The notes beneath the pieces are model-generated. The model had not been told where the DNA came from. It searched no databases and was given only the letters and a program-made list of their open reading frames with translations. Made by a program: the position numbers and the translations under genes. Shown one piece after another: positions 1 through 12,279 of a DNA stretch of 64,000 nucleotides (position 1 is the first letter of the stretch; each line of letters begins with the position of its first letter). Location: positions 2,480,001-2,544,000 of the forward strand of contig JAYWIR010000021.1 of NCBI GenBank assembly GCA_036172245.1. The letters are read 5' to 3'. Source of the DNA: Raillietiella orientalis. Taxonomy: Eukaryota.

Positions 1-620
1 ATCAGCTCAGGCACCTAGTTTCCGGGGGAGTTGCCTCCCAGACTGTTCAAGGTGCGGCAGCGATGGAATCGTTCCCGCACCCTCACGGTCATTTGGCGGA
101 GACTCGCTTCGGCGCTCCGCCACCCGGAGGATCTCCCCCCCCCGCTTCGGACTTGCTGCGGCGGCGTTTCTTCACTGAAGGTTGAAGACGGGCGACGTGA
201 TCGCAACGATGTGTTGTAGCCGTGTTATCGTCACAGCCCGCCGTGCGCTGGAGTCTCGGGAGCAACGAAGAGAGACCATTCGCAAGGCAGCCGCCTTCAT
301 GAGGATGGCTACGAAGTGTGGGCCTCACCCGCAAGAGGAATTCTCCATGGCGATCGCTAGCATACAGCACCAGCTGTGGAAAGAAAGGAGTGACTGAACT
401 AGAGATCTTCAATCCCTACGTTCCGTGTTTATTTAATTATTGTATTGCCCCCTCCCTCTTGCTCGTTACTCATATAAGCCGGTCTGAGAGCTAGTGGTCA
501 TTCCCAGTGACCTTTTTTTGCTGTTGTTGTTTTATTTCTGTAATTAGGTGACATCGTCCCCTCTGACTTGTAATTCATTTCTTTTTTCACATAAACGTTC
601 CGGCGTGACCAGGTAAAACC
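1..620 (+). mobile_element. 3' end of L1/Tx1-like non-LTR retrotransposon (ORF2 C-terminus + structured 3' tail)
   Basis: ORF 182-397 has VIATMCCSRVIVTARRALE, homologous to VIVATMCCFRGIVKARYALE (30047-30406 -), which follows a CCHC finger. A family tail follows, ending CATAAA-cgt-TCCGG cgtga CCAGG-taaaa (590-618). Confidence 0.75.
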
Positions 621-3620
621 GATGAGCACCTGCTCCTATCTCCTCGAGCAGAGTGGAAAGGAAAAGTGTCATCCGCGCTTTCCGACCATTCAGTTTGGGG
701 TTTGAACCGCCCCTGTCCGGTAAGAGACCCCTGAACAACACTTGAAGGATGCCGGTAGACTGGCTTAGCCATCCGGAAGTAGCAAAGCATCTCTCCCAGC
801 TCTTCCGTGCCTTCAGTATACAAGAGCTCGAGGACTGGGACGAACTCAAGTGCTCAGTCCACGACTTCTGCTGCCCATTCTCCTTGCACTTGTTTCCTCG
901 CGGTTTCAGAAAGGGCGTCCGCGACAGCAGAGCCTTTCTGCACGGTCTCATCTCGTTCCGTCCGTGAAGACGTCCGGCGTCTCTCGGAACACAAGGCCAG
1001 ATCTGGTAGTCTGGAGCAGCGGCTTCTCTTCTCGACGAAATAGGGATGTCCGACCCCAGCTGGGGTGCGACGTGCAGCAAAGTTCTGCCACTTCCCGCTC
1101 TGCAAGGAGGTCCGCCTCGAGAGCAGACTCTCGCAGCCATCCGTTGCCAGAAAATACTCCTGCAATGGGCGATGGGCAGCACACACACCTCGACGAGCCC
1201 TTGGCGACGGAGAGAGCTCTTTCTTCCATCGCGGGGCCAAAGAGACTGAAGGCACCAGGAGAGGACAGCGTGCCAGCGGAGCTCTTCCGATGCTTCGTGG
1301 TCAAGCTCCTGGTTCCCAGCCCCTCTGCGACGATGAGTTATCACACCAGCGTGCCGGCGATTTATTTATAAATGAATAAACATTTACAGTCTCTGTGGTT
1401 GGGACGGTGGTCCAACCACGTGCTTTTCATATCTAACGTGCAGCGTCACCGGTTCGCAGAACAATGAGGTCCACAACGGTAGCAGAGGAGAGAGCACAGA
1501 CAAAAAGAAGCAAGAAAGAAAAATAAATAAACTTCGTGGTGGATGGGTGCGGGAAGGGGTCACGTTTCTGAATGCTGCTTTCCAGGTGGGGCCATCTTGT
1601 TACCGTCCGCTTCATGAGGACGGTAACAAGATGGAAGTGGATGGCTCTCTATGACTCTGTGCTCCTCTTGCGTCTCTCCAGGCAGCTACAATCCCGCGTA
1701 GGCAGCACAGGGCTGCTCCTAGCGAGGCTGCCAGGCGAAGGGCATCACGTAGGAGAAGGAAGGATCTTAAAGCCTAGAGTTGCCGAAGGGGGTTCTTAGG
1801 ATCACGCTAAAGCATTCGCAGAGGGGCCAGAGGGCAGCACAATTCACAAGCAGGCTGCGGGAGGGATTCACGCTCCTCGCACCCGCCGCCTCCACACACC
1901 CTCAGGTCCAGTGATGTCGGCAGGCGTTGCACGGGAGGACCCAGTGTTGCAGCATCAGCGCCAACTCCTGCCACTTTAAGGAAAGGGTGCAAGTGCTTAT
2001 GAGCACCAAGATCCACTTTCTCAAGAATACCCAGTAGCATGTCCCAGCGCAAAAGTCCTCGGAGCTGGACCCACGAAGTCGCGGCGTTCGTAAGCTGGCC
2101 CGTCGTCCACTCACCCAGTCCTCTTCTCCTAACGGAGATTTCAACACTAACCCTCCATCTTGCCGCAAGGCCGCTCCTCATACGTTCCCTGAGGGAGGAC
2201 AGCGTTGCGGCTAAGGGAGGCTGTCAATCTTGCCCACGCGCCCTTCAATGGGTGTTTCAGGATCTGCCGGGGAAAGCAGTTGTTACAGGAACAGCTGTGC
2301 AAACGCTGCGTCTGTTCCGGGCATCGCTCGTTGTGCTGCGTGCTCACGTGCGAACAGCTTCCTGCAAGCAGGTACTACCGTTCGCGGGATGGCACGAGAT
2401 CCAGCTGTTCTTCTTAGTCAGAGCAGCCACCCGCCGAAGCTGCAGTCCGCAGTGGAAGCTGTTGCAGCGACGGAGCGCAAAGAAGGATGCGAGTCCGAAG
2501 CTGTGGGATGGCTTGCAGGACGAGGGCGCGTGCAGGCTCTCACCAGGTGGTGCTTCACATCTTCGCCAAGAGTGCAAATCTCTGTGACGGTGAGAGAGGC
2601 AGGCGCTGCGCCTGCCTCCTTCCGCTTAGCGAATGGTGCGCGTCCTTCCAAAAGACGGAGACTTCCGTTACCGGAACAACTGGTGTCGGATCACTTCAGC
2701 AAAGCCGAACGTCGAGTTTTCCCCAGAGCTGTGGCCCACGCTGCTAGGAAGGGCTGTTGGTAAGTGCGGAGCAGACGTTTGCTGTTTCCGGACAATCCGC
2801 GAATGCGAACGTCTTCTTCGCGCGTACCTGGCTCCAGCTGCACGGTCGTTGCGAACGCCGCGGCCGGCTGCGCGCGAGGGACCCGGCAGCGGGTAGTAAA
2901 TGCCGGGGGGACCTTGACGGTTGCTGCGAAGCGTCCGACCGCGTCGGCCAGGAACTCCTCCTGGAGCCGCTGAAACGCCTGGACCTCCCGGCATACCCTG
3001 CTTGTCCACTGGCGCGCTCCTGCTGGCGCGACGCGACTGCTTGCATTTGTATCGGCGGCTATCACGCGAACGGCATGTGTTTCCGTGCTCAGAGGCACCA
3101 GGTGGAGCGACGGCTCAAGCCCCATGCTGCTCAGCCCCTACTGCGAGTTGGTGCTGAAAGCGTGCAGGCTGATGCTGACTCTCCTGCAGCTCTTCTGTCT
3201 TTGTGCGCCGTCGCCCTGTCTTGCTCTCCACGTCACCTCCGGCAGTGTCACTCGTGAAATTCTTCGAGCTGTCATGTCGGGAAGCAAGCAGGTGAGTGAA
3301 CCGGTTGAATTGGAAGGTCGTTCCTTCAGGTGCGGCGTGGGTAGGGCAGCCGGACTGGATCCACTTTGGGACCCCCGTGGGCAGGGCCATAGAATACCTT
3401 GGTGTGTCCTTGGGAGACTTCTGCCCTGAAGAGATTTGGTTCGGTTGTTTCCAGAAGGGCAAAAATGGCGTTGGCACCATTCCGAGATGGCAATTTTTGC
3501 TTGTCGCAACGGACCTTCATTTGTGACGTCTTCGCTGCTTTCCTTTTCTTTTGTTTGGCGCCACACGAGGCGATGGACAAGACAGACAGCCTACTGCGGA
3601 AAACACTGCGGGGCCACTGA
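621..3620 (+). mobile_element. Degenerate L1/Tx1-like ORF2 (APE C-terminus through RT), interrupted by the 1338-2579 insertion
   Basis: Motifs occur in order across frameshifts: ALSDHSV (APE end), EDWDELKC..DFC, KAPGEDSVPAELF, [insertion], VLPKDGD..NNWCRI, VSAEQTFAVSGQS, DLDGCCEASDRVG (LD.EKAFDRV-like), RGTRWSDGSSPMLL (RGVRQG.PLSP-like), AIEYLGVSLG. Confidence 0.8.
1338..2579 (-). mobile_element. 5'-truncated LINE copy (ORF2 C-terminus + 3' tail) with 15-bp TSD
   Basis: Flanks CTCTGCGACGATGAG (1323-1337) and CTCTGTGACGGTGAG (2580-2594) match at 13/15. Contains zf-RVT-like LMLQHWVLPCNACRHHW and a Cys finger remnant. Tail has hairpin GTGGTTGG/CCAACCAC (1395-1419) and AATAAA (1361-1366, minus). 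Confidence 0.85.
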
Positions 3621-4300
3621 AAGAACGGAAGTTTTTATAGAATATCTCATCGCGCCACGAAAGGATGTAGGACCTGGCACTACCACGTTAAAGAAGATGG
3701 AGCTGCAGTCCGCGTCGGAGACCATGTGGATGCTGAGGTCTCCGCGCATGGCACCAGGCTTTGTGGGTACGAATACCCCGAAAGAATCGAAGCCTAGAGA
3801 TAAGGGGTGAGTCGTGGGTTCGAGTTCCTCCTGCAAGATGACGCTGTTGGCCTTCGTTCAAGTGCGGAGCCGGTAGCATTCAAACCGAATGCGCTCGATG
3901 AGTGTCCGGGATTAGGAGTCGACCTCTGGGTTCTTCCAGGAATCAAGGAGTGGGAGTTCCCTTCCGGTCGTGTAAAGGAGCGGATCCCCCAGTGCAGACT
4001 CTCTTCGTCTCGTACCATGAAGTTAATGTGATACCTCTCCACAGTGCAGAGCGGCGTGCCTCTTCCTTCGGGGAGCATGCTTCTGAGAAAATTCGGTAGC
4101 GTCCATACGAGGTTCTCTTTAGAGGAGGAGTAGAGATGGAGCGGTTCCATTGTGGATTCCCTTCGGAGAAGAAAAATGGAGTAGACGCCTCTGGGGGGTG
4201 GAGACTCCTTCTTGGAGGGTGTCCTCTGCATCCTTGTAAGGATGCCGGTAAGTTCCTGTTTGGAGGCTCCCAGATGGGGTCATCTTCACGCTATCTCGCG
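3620..4300 (-). mobile_element. APE endonuclease remnant of LINE ORF2
   Basis: INFMVRDEE and the CTTGATTCCTGGAAG (L.DSWK) block are shared with 5001-5474 (-) and 12779-13150 (+). They resemble the GDFN and L.D.WR motifs. Confidence 0.55.
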
Positions 4301-4309
4301 AAGAGAAGA

Positions 4310-4860
4310 GCAGCATAGATGGAGTCCCTGTCGTCCTGGCCTCTTCTTGCGTTGCTCCATGCAGCCACGATCCTGCCACGTAGGCAGCAGAGTGCTGCTA
4401 GGGATGCGGCCTGCCGGCGTGAGGGCACCTTGCAGGAAGAGGTGCTTTACAGCGTCTCGGGAGTTGGCGCCAGGAGTTCCAAGGGTCGCGGCAAAGCGTC
4501 TCCAAAAGAGTCGGAGGGCAACACAGTCCACTAGGAGGTGCGAGAGGGATTCCTGCACCTTGCACAGTTTGGGGGTTCACATGCCCCCGTGTCTAATGAT
4601 GCCTGCAGGTGTTTCACGGGAGGACCCAGTGCAGCAGCATTAATGTCGATTCCTGTCACTTTAAGGGAAAGATGTGGATGTTTATGACACTGGAGGACAC
4701 TGCAGGTCTTTCTCCAGAGTATCCAGTAGCACGCCTCAGCGCAAAAGTCAACGAGGTTGAGCAATGGGGGTCGCAGCGTCAGTGAGCTGGCCCGTGGTCC
4801 ACTCTCCTAGTCCTCTTCTCCTTATGGAGATTTCCACAGTGACCTCCCATCTAGCGAACT
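4310..4860 (-). mobile_element. LINE ORF2 C-terminal remnant, close paralog of 1600-2165
   Basis: Clear nucleotide similarity, e.g. agctggcccgtggtccactctcctagtcctcttctcct (4785) vs agctggcccgtcgtccactcacccagtcctcttctcct (2093). Confidence 0.75.
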
Positions 4861-4999
4861 GGAAACTGAAAAGTACTGGAAAGGATTTAAGTAAATAGTA
4901 ATAAAGTATGGAAATTAATTATCTTTTGTATCATCGCACCTGTTCCGCGCTGGGCTTCTAGATTCTCATCCACGTGCGGACGGTTTCCAGCAACCAGTC

Positions 5000-6140
5000 A
5001 CTACCGTTCGCGGAGCGGCGCGAGATTCATCCCCCAGGTGCGATAATGGTGGAAGCTGGATGCACCCGTTGACTGCCCGGGAAGATTGGAAGCTGACCCT
5101 GCTGGGTCCTTCCAGGAATCAGGGAGTCGGTTCCCTTGGAGGATTCCCTCCGGTATTGCGAAGGAGCCGATCCTCGGTGGGGACCCTCCATCTCGTACCA
5201 TGAAGCTGGTTGGTGGAAACATCTCCAGAGCGTCAGGAGGCGCGCTGCTCTCTTCCAAAGACGATACTTCCAAAAAAATTGGGAAGCGTCCCTTAGGACA
5301 AGCATCCTTGCAGAGGAGGCAACAAGGAGCAAATCCTATCCGGGGGAGTTCATCTGGAAAAGCGAGGAGCGGCTTCCTCCGGGGAACTCCTTTGGAGAGA
5401 ACGAAGAGGTGGTTCCTTTCGGGGTACTCCTCCAAGCGTGAGAGGATCGTCCTTCTCCCTTCCTGGATCCACAAGGTGTTGTCTCCCCACAGGGTAGCCC
5501 CTAAATTGCGTCACCTCTACATCCACTTTGGGTGGCGTCGGCAGTGTCAAAGAGTTTCATGAGCCGCCAGGCGAACAGTTCTTGAATAGTTAGCGAACCT
5601 GAAGGAGGAAAAAGGCAGTTGCCATCCGACGGGGTGGACGATCTCGCGGCCAACAGTGATGAAGCTGACGAGCTAGTGAAAGACGGATGGACGGCTGACC
5701 CAGCGGCATCCAGCGGCTGTGCCGAAGAGCCTCCCCGTAGGACGATACCTGGAAATTCCGCCATCGGAGATTGTGATTTTCTCCGCCTTATTAGACAGCT
5801 CTGTGATCCCTCCTCAGCATCAGGAAAGGGTCCGCGCAGCAGCCTGTGTCGTCGTCGTTCGACGAGGAGGAAGCGCCTCTTCAGGAATGCGAGGAAGTAG
5901 AGAACTTCCACACACATCCCGCTGCTGGAACGCGCCGACCTCCAGGGCGTGCGGAAACCGCCTCGCAGCCGCTGCACCCGCAGACACTGCGGAAGAGCTT
6001 CTGCCGCATCGCTTCATGTGGGACCGGCTTTTCCCCTGCTTCTCCGATCTTCCGATCCTGTGCTGCATCAGGAGAATCGGCGTCCCAGAACATGGAGCAG
6101 GCCCTCCACCAAGGGAGGACGGCACGTCCTCAACTCCTCA
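5000..6140 (-). mobile_element. Two APE-region remnants of LINE ORF2
   Basis: 5001-5474 reads IQE..., TSFMVRDGG, RLPDSWKDP. 5881-6093 reads AAGCVWKFSTSS, like the post-APE G.WK.N.SLL motif. Confidence 0.5.
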
Positions 6141-6254
6141 GTGATGAGGACTGTGGCAGAGTGAACTGTGAGGCATTCCATAGTCGAAGAGGACGCCATC
6201 CATATCGCACGTAAGGGACAGAGGGAGTGACAGGTGTGGTTGTGCCCTCTGGCC

Positions 6255-6453
6255 CTTTATTTACCTATTTATTATCCCCTTCGTTACATCCCACAAGCTC
6301 TTGTATGCAGCTGGCCTGAGAGTCGGTTGTTTTCCTCTTTTTTTTTCTCCCCTTTTGATTTTCCAAAGTGGACTAGTGGATTTAATAATCCACACTATTT
6401 GCTTGTTTGCTTTGGAGGAGAGGAATAAACGCTCTGGAGCAACCGGGTGAAAA
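6255..6453 (+). repeat. Copy of LINE 3'-tail repeat
   Basis: tatttattatcccc start; CTGGC-ctgaga-GTCGG; hairpin GTGGATT-taat-AATCCAC (6376-6393); AATAAA (6424-6429); TCTGG-agcaa-CCGGG-tgaaaa. Confidence 0.75.
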
Positions 6454-6454
6454 T

Positions 6455-7730
6455 GTTGACCGTGCTTGTCCAATACAGCGTCGATTCCTGCCTATTCAGG
6501 GAGAGCAGGGAGCTGCTCAAAAATACCGCAGGGATATCCACGCATTTCCAGGGGATTTCAAGGAGATCCGTCAGCGTATCCCCTTTGGGGGTGTACCAGA
6601 ATGGTGAAAGGTTAGCAAGCTGACATGCCGTCGTACAACATCCCGATTCGTTTCTTCTTACTTCTTCGCACGATCCCACAGGTGATGTCCTATCCTGCGA
6701 GTCTCTCACTGCCCTAGTTATTCCGTAGGAAGGACAGCGTTGCTGCGGGTGGAGTGCTTTGCGACCTCTTCTTCATGGGGTCTTCCAATGTCTCCTGCAA
6801 CGAGTAGCGAGCATGCCGGGAGCATTGCAGGAGTCACAATGACTCCGGGCTCACGTCCTTGATTTCCGCCCACGTATGAACTGCTTCCCGTTTTCAGGGA
6901 TCACAGTTCGTGTGAGCGAGTGGGAGAGACAGTCTTGGTCCTGAATCCAGGCGTCTGCCGGAGCTGATGCCCGCACCGGAGCGATCTCCGGTTGCTGCGG
7001 ACGATAGAAGATGGGAGTCCCTCGGAGGCGGCCGCTCGCTTGCCAAGGAGTCGGGCAGGATGCCGACCAGTGCGCCCTCCGGAGTTTGGCCGCCAGAGCC
7101 GGTCTTCGGAATATGAACTGACTCTCCTTCCTCTCCGCAGTCGGGAGACCAAGTCCATCCTCCCTACGAGAAGCACAGAGTCTTTTGAGAAACCTTTGCC
7201 CAAGAGGGCATTCCTTACGAGGTTTTCGGTCCGCTCCTTTACAATACTGGGAGTGGGACAAACAAAAAGCAATTGGGGTTGAGAAGGGGTAGCTACAAGC
7301 GTGTTCCACGCCTTCACCACTGGATAAAGGGAAGTGTCACGTCGAACTTTGCCCAGTGCGGTGAAAAAGCAACCTTCCTGAATCTGTTAATCGAATGCCC
7401 TACGGACTGCACGGAAATGGCCCTGCGATTCCCAAGGAACAGTCCCAAAGGCGTGTTAAAGAAGTGTCTCTTCTTGCGTGGCGCAACGCCTCCTGACGCG
7501 GCAGCCGCAGCTTTGTGGTGCGCCCGCGGAGTCGCGGTGGCGGCAAGAAGCCACGCTGAAAGGGGCGGGGACGAACCAGGACGCCACCCCGACCGTGTTC
7601 TCCCTTCTGAGGATGACGACAAGCCGACCTCGCCTAAAGTGACGCAAGAAGGACACGCCAGCATCCGGGATAGGATGCTGAATACGCCGGGGAGGTCTCT
7701 GCGATCCCTTTCTTCGCCTCCCGATCCTTC
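6455..7730 (-). mobile_element. LINE ORF2 RT-thumb / C-terminal remnant
   Basis: LCASRREDGLGLP matches the L..P..EGGLGLP motif. Local similarity to 2180-2260 (ggacagcgttgc block). Confidence 0.6.
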
Positions 7731-7734
7731 GAAA

Positions 7735-7963
7735 CATTTCTTTGTTCTTTCGCATTTTGTTTTTTGTTGCTGCCTCCCTCTCTCCCATATTTTCTCTGCG
7801 CGGATCGTCGTCGTCAAGCTGCTCGCCAGCAGCGATCCCTCCAGAACTTCCACCGACGGGGAGGGATTTCCAATCCCACTCTAAAGAAAAGTTTTCTTTA
7901 ATCTCGCTGTATCTTTGCTTATATGGATTTCACAATAAAACGCCTGGGCGTGACCGGATGAAA
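7735..7963 (+). repeat. Diverged copy of LINE 3'-tail repeat
   Basis: U-rich start, GGGAT-ttcca-ATCCC hairpin, AATAAA (7934-7939), then cgcctgggcgtgaccggatgaaa. Confidence 0.6.
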
Positions 7964-8799
7964 GCTTGCCATAGGCTCCAAGCTCACACGGCTGATAAGA
8001 CGGCTGATAAGCGAGTTTTCACTCCGATACTCTTCCGCCCGTCTTTGAACTCTGAAAGGTTCTTCGAGTTCATCCGCGGATGTGCTGGAGTTCGGCTCCG
8101 CGGGTGGTTGCGGATTGCAGAACTTTTCCTGCTGAAGGACGCAGAGTTTTCTTTGGCAAGAATCCCCGCGGGCAAGTCCTTTACTTAAGTGAAGGCAGTC
8201 GTGGGTTCGTTCTCTTCAAGAGTGGTCTGATCGGCCTCCTGGCAGATGGTGCACTGCTCCTTGACCAGCTTTCGTTCACAGTGGGCTTTTCCCTAGAGGA
8301 TGCGCGGCATCGATCCCCTTTTTCCGCTTTTCTCAGTAACTTCCGGGTGCACGTCGCCTCCCCACTTTCGTTCGGCAAGTCTTGTGAGAACTCCCTGGGG
8401 ATCCAAAGCACGACTGAAAGACTGGGTTCCTTTCCCCCCTTCCTGCTCGCTTGCGGAGTGGTCCTCCAAGACGCAAGCACCGTTCCGGAGGCTGACCCTC
8501 GCAGCGAGGCTGTAGGACGATCACCCTTTGCGCATGTTTGCGAGAAATTCTGTGAACAGAGAAGAAACTCCTCCCGTGCAGCTGAAGGCTTGAGAAAGGT
8601 CTGCTTCGCCCGATTTGCCCAGTTCACAGTTCCGGCGCGAGTGGACATCCTCGCGCCAACTGATCAGGAGTGCTTGGCGGCAAACATTACCAAAAGGCAA
8701 AACGAAGCCTGGAAAATTCAGCCTCCTCGTCCATAGCTCCGTCGAACGCCTGGACAAGCATTTTGCTGGCGAGAGGCCAAAGGATCGGGCCGAATACCC

Positions 8800-10020
8800 G
8801 TGAAGATGGACGAAGCTCCTTGGCAGCCTATCTTTTCGGGCCGGGTGGGAAAGGGATGGATAATGATCGGTTGTAAAAGTCACGAGCTCAACGCTGCTTA
8901 TCACCCGGGTGCGCCGGGGCTTTTATTAGTAAACTATCCGGGAACAGAGTCCCCGGACAAAGGACACAGAAGAGACGAAGGGGGTGGGATCCCCGACACG
9001 CAGGTCGGTATACGGAAAGTCCGGAACGCGAGGGAGGGGACCACAAATACACGAGCTCAATGCTGCTGAGGGTCGAGAAAGACCACCTGATTCGAAGTTT
9101 TCCCTTTAATGGATGGGTTTACGAGCCTAGGCATTCAGAACAATTTCTGGTAGCACAAGAGATGATGAACGTCTCTGCTGGTTCTGCTGCCAACGGTCTG
9201 CTCAGGTTGCCGACTATCCCTGACCTTTTCACCTACTATGGGTAGTTCCTACCGGATCACAAAACCACGCCAGAAGATCTGGATGAAGGCCTGTGAAGAT
9301 GTGCACAGTTCCTCGGCATTTTCAGTGGAAGTTTCGAGGTCCCAGGCTTCCTGGCCGATGCTTCCGCTTTTCCTCATCGCTACCAGAGCAATTCTATCTT
9401 GTGGAAACTCTCCTGGAGATGGAAGGTGACCACGCCTTGGAGGGGAAAGTGTCTAAAGAGTGCATTCACTGCGGTATGATGGAAACACCTTTGAGCGTGC
9501 TGCTTGAATGCGGAATTCTGGGGGTCAGAGATGAAAGTGCATCTCAAGGGCACTCCATGATGTCCCCCATTTCCTTCCCGATGCTGCACTGCAGAACTTA
9601 TTTCAGAGGCGTATTCATGTGCACGTGCTTGCCGGCTGTCTCCTTGTTGAAGATCTTCTGCCTCGTGAGAACAGCTGTGACCTCCAGAATGGAGGAAGGG
9701 TGTGGCCGTAGGGTCATTTGAGATTTCCATCGCCCCACGCTCACGGTAGGAGCCTTCTTTCCTTGATCTCTACCCTGAGCGTGTGTGCCTCGTGCGCCAT
9801 TCCAAGCAGTCTTCCAAGCGCCGTGAAGCCAGTTGCATCATAAAAGTCTTATTTATGGAGAACCGAATTTCCAAGATCCAAATTCTTTTCGCTTCTGTCT
9901 CGATCGATCCACAGTCCCGAGGTCTGTTTCAAGAAATGGTTCATCGAAAGCCTTCATGGGAAGCAGACTTTCTTTCTTGCCGCTGAGCCCCCGGTAGCAG
10001 CGAAAGGCCATGCCCCGTTG
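8800..10020 (+). mobile_element. Old LINE ORF2 remnant (APE region), interrupted by the 8899-9049 insertion
   Basis: FLPDHKT (SDH-like) followed by FQWKFR. Nucleotide homolog at 14440-14490. Confidence 0.5.
8899..9049 (-). mobile_element. 151-bp tail-only retroposed insertion (SINE-like or extreme 5' truncation) with 18-bp TSD
   Basis: CACGAGCTCAACGCTGCT (8881-8898) and CACGAGCTCAATGCTGCT (9050-9067) match at 17/18. The insert holds all three tail hairpins and AATAAA. Confidence 0.85.
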
Positions 10021-12279
10021 AAGATGCTAATGTGGAAGAAAGTCAAAGAAGTTGCTGCCACTCTGCCATCCGTCCAAGAAAGGATGGAAGATTTCTGTAG
10101 TCACCTCTGGGCAGCTCGTGCACACAAGTTCCCGACAGAAGATGGCACTTCGCAGGAGCGAGGCATCTGCGATGATGAATAATGATAATACAATGGTGAT
10201 AGCAACAGCAGCAGTGACAAGAGACTTGAGTGGAAAAGAAATTGCTCCTCTCCTGGGACAATTAGATCTGGTAAACATCAGCAAACTTTGATGTTCTTGT
10301 CAGAGTTATTCATGGATTTGGTTTGGGCTTCTGTTGTGGAACCTTTTCCTTTCTTTACTTTCAATTTCCTGGAGAAATTCTTTTTAAAGGAATTCTTCCT
10401 TTAAAATTCTACCGGTCTTGGCTCCTGTTCAGCATCAAAACTGACTTCTTTCTTCCTCTTTTTGTTGTTGCGGCTTTACGTTTGAGACTGGGAGTCGTAC
10501 ATGCATGTAAAGAAATACAAAGTAGCCTAACCTCTGGAAGAATCTTTGATCAATTTCAATTTTCCAGATCTTTCCAGATTAAGGTTCCTCATTGATCAGC
10601 TGAAATTTTCCTCCAGGAGGAGACAGTGACACCAATGATAAATCTTCACGATCCTCTCTAATCTGTGCTAACTTGATAAATTATTTTATGATTCTGAAGC
10701 AGGAATTGAGAAAAAAATAAAGCGATGTGAAGACGTCAAGCGAGCATTAATAACAGCGGTCTTCAAGCGCGAAGATGATCTGCTCCACAGCACAGAGAAG
10801 AACTACAGGGACAAGCGTTCCTTGAGGATTAAAATGTTGCTTTCAGCAATCGACGAATCCTCGTTTTTCTTAGAACTCGCATTTCCTCAATTCCATCGTC
10901 ACTGCTGCGTGCCAAAAGCATTGGATCTGGGATGGCTGATTAAAATCTCAGCAGTTTCTTGCAATGGCTCTATCGCCTCATTTCGAAGAGTTGCATATTC
11001 GACTTGGGTGCCAAGAGTGGTAATCTGCATTGAAATGAAGAGGTTTTTTAAGATGAAGTGGGACAGCTTCGGCCTTATTTGTTTTGGATAGGCGATTAAT
11101 GTAAAAGCGGGTTCCTCAAGCGTGTAAAATAAACTTCCTCGATCGGTCAATACGAGCATGGACAGGCACGGGTGAGCGGTTAAGGCGAAGTCAGTTCAGT
11201 GTTCATGACACTTGGAACTTGCCAAACTGAATCGACGTGCACCATGGGCGCAATGAATCCTTGAGACACCATTTGCTTTTGATCTTCGGGTTTTTTTTTT
11301 TTTTCCTTTCATCTTAAGCTGCTGTTGTGTTGGAAAGGAACCATCGTGCAGGAAGGGAAGGGGAAGTTTCTTTGGATTATTCAGTCCTGGCACGTTTGGA
11401 TACGAATGCAACTTTGCAGCTCTTCCTAATGACCGAGTCTGCCCGAGACCCGAAGATTTCACGTCGGGAATCAGCAAATCTCAAGCCAGCACCAGTGGCT
11501 TTCCGGGCTAGCCAACGTTGCTTATCGGGCAGAGATGCACGAGAAGCCATCCTTCTGCGAGATGCGGGCTTAGATTATGCAAAAATCTCTTTGCAACTCT
11601 TTTGCATCAGTGAAACTAACATTGACCGATATTGGTCTGACCTGAGCAACGGTCTGAAGCATCTCTTTAGGCAGATAGTCATGTACGGATGCCTTCGGGA
11701 GTCAAATTCAGTAACCTTCAAGTGAACGTGTAGCGTGCTTGCACCCATGCGTCTGTTAGGTCATCTTTGTCACTACCACTTTTCTCCTCGTACGACGGAT
11801 AGTTGCACAGGATTGCCAGGAATACCAATCTAAGTACGAGGGGTCTGATTTCACTGCTTATCCTGACGAATCGGCAATAAAAACAAGTGTCTGGCAGTGT
11901 TCTGGCGATAGTGTGCACCCCGTTACTCGCCCAAGAGGCGATGAAAGAAACCAGCCAGTCTTGCAGGAGTTGTTCCGCACAAGGGAGAAAAAGATCCAAA
12001 TTTTTTCTCTCCGTGAGGGAGCAAACTCAGTTCCGTCGTTCCAAGAGCGCTGCGACCACCACCAATCGGTAAGAAGAAAACCTCCATGTGAAGTGGAAAA
12101 TGCAGTCTTTCGTCCATGTGCCGCCACCAGCATCAGAGATTCACTGTTGTCAATGAAGTAAAAGGTGAAGCATGCACTGCAGCCCGAAGCCCACTCCACC
12201 AACTTCCCAGGGGAGCGCTTGTTTTGTCTATACGCCACTCCGCCTGAGACAGCCCGCAAGGGAGGGCGTGTAAATTCTT

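Noticed and set aside
6144..6464. TSD around the 6.2-6.45 kb tail (ATGAGGACTGTG / ATGTTGACCGTG)
   Set aside because: Only 9/12 identity, and the flanks do not rejoin into a colinear element.
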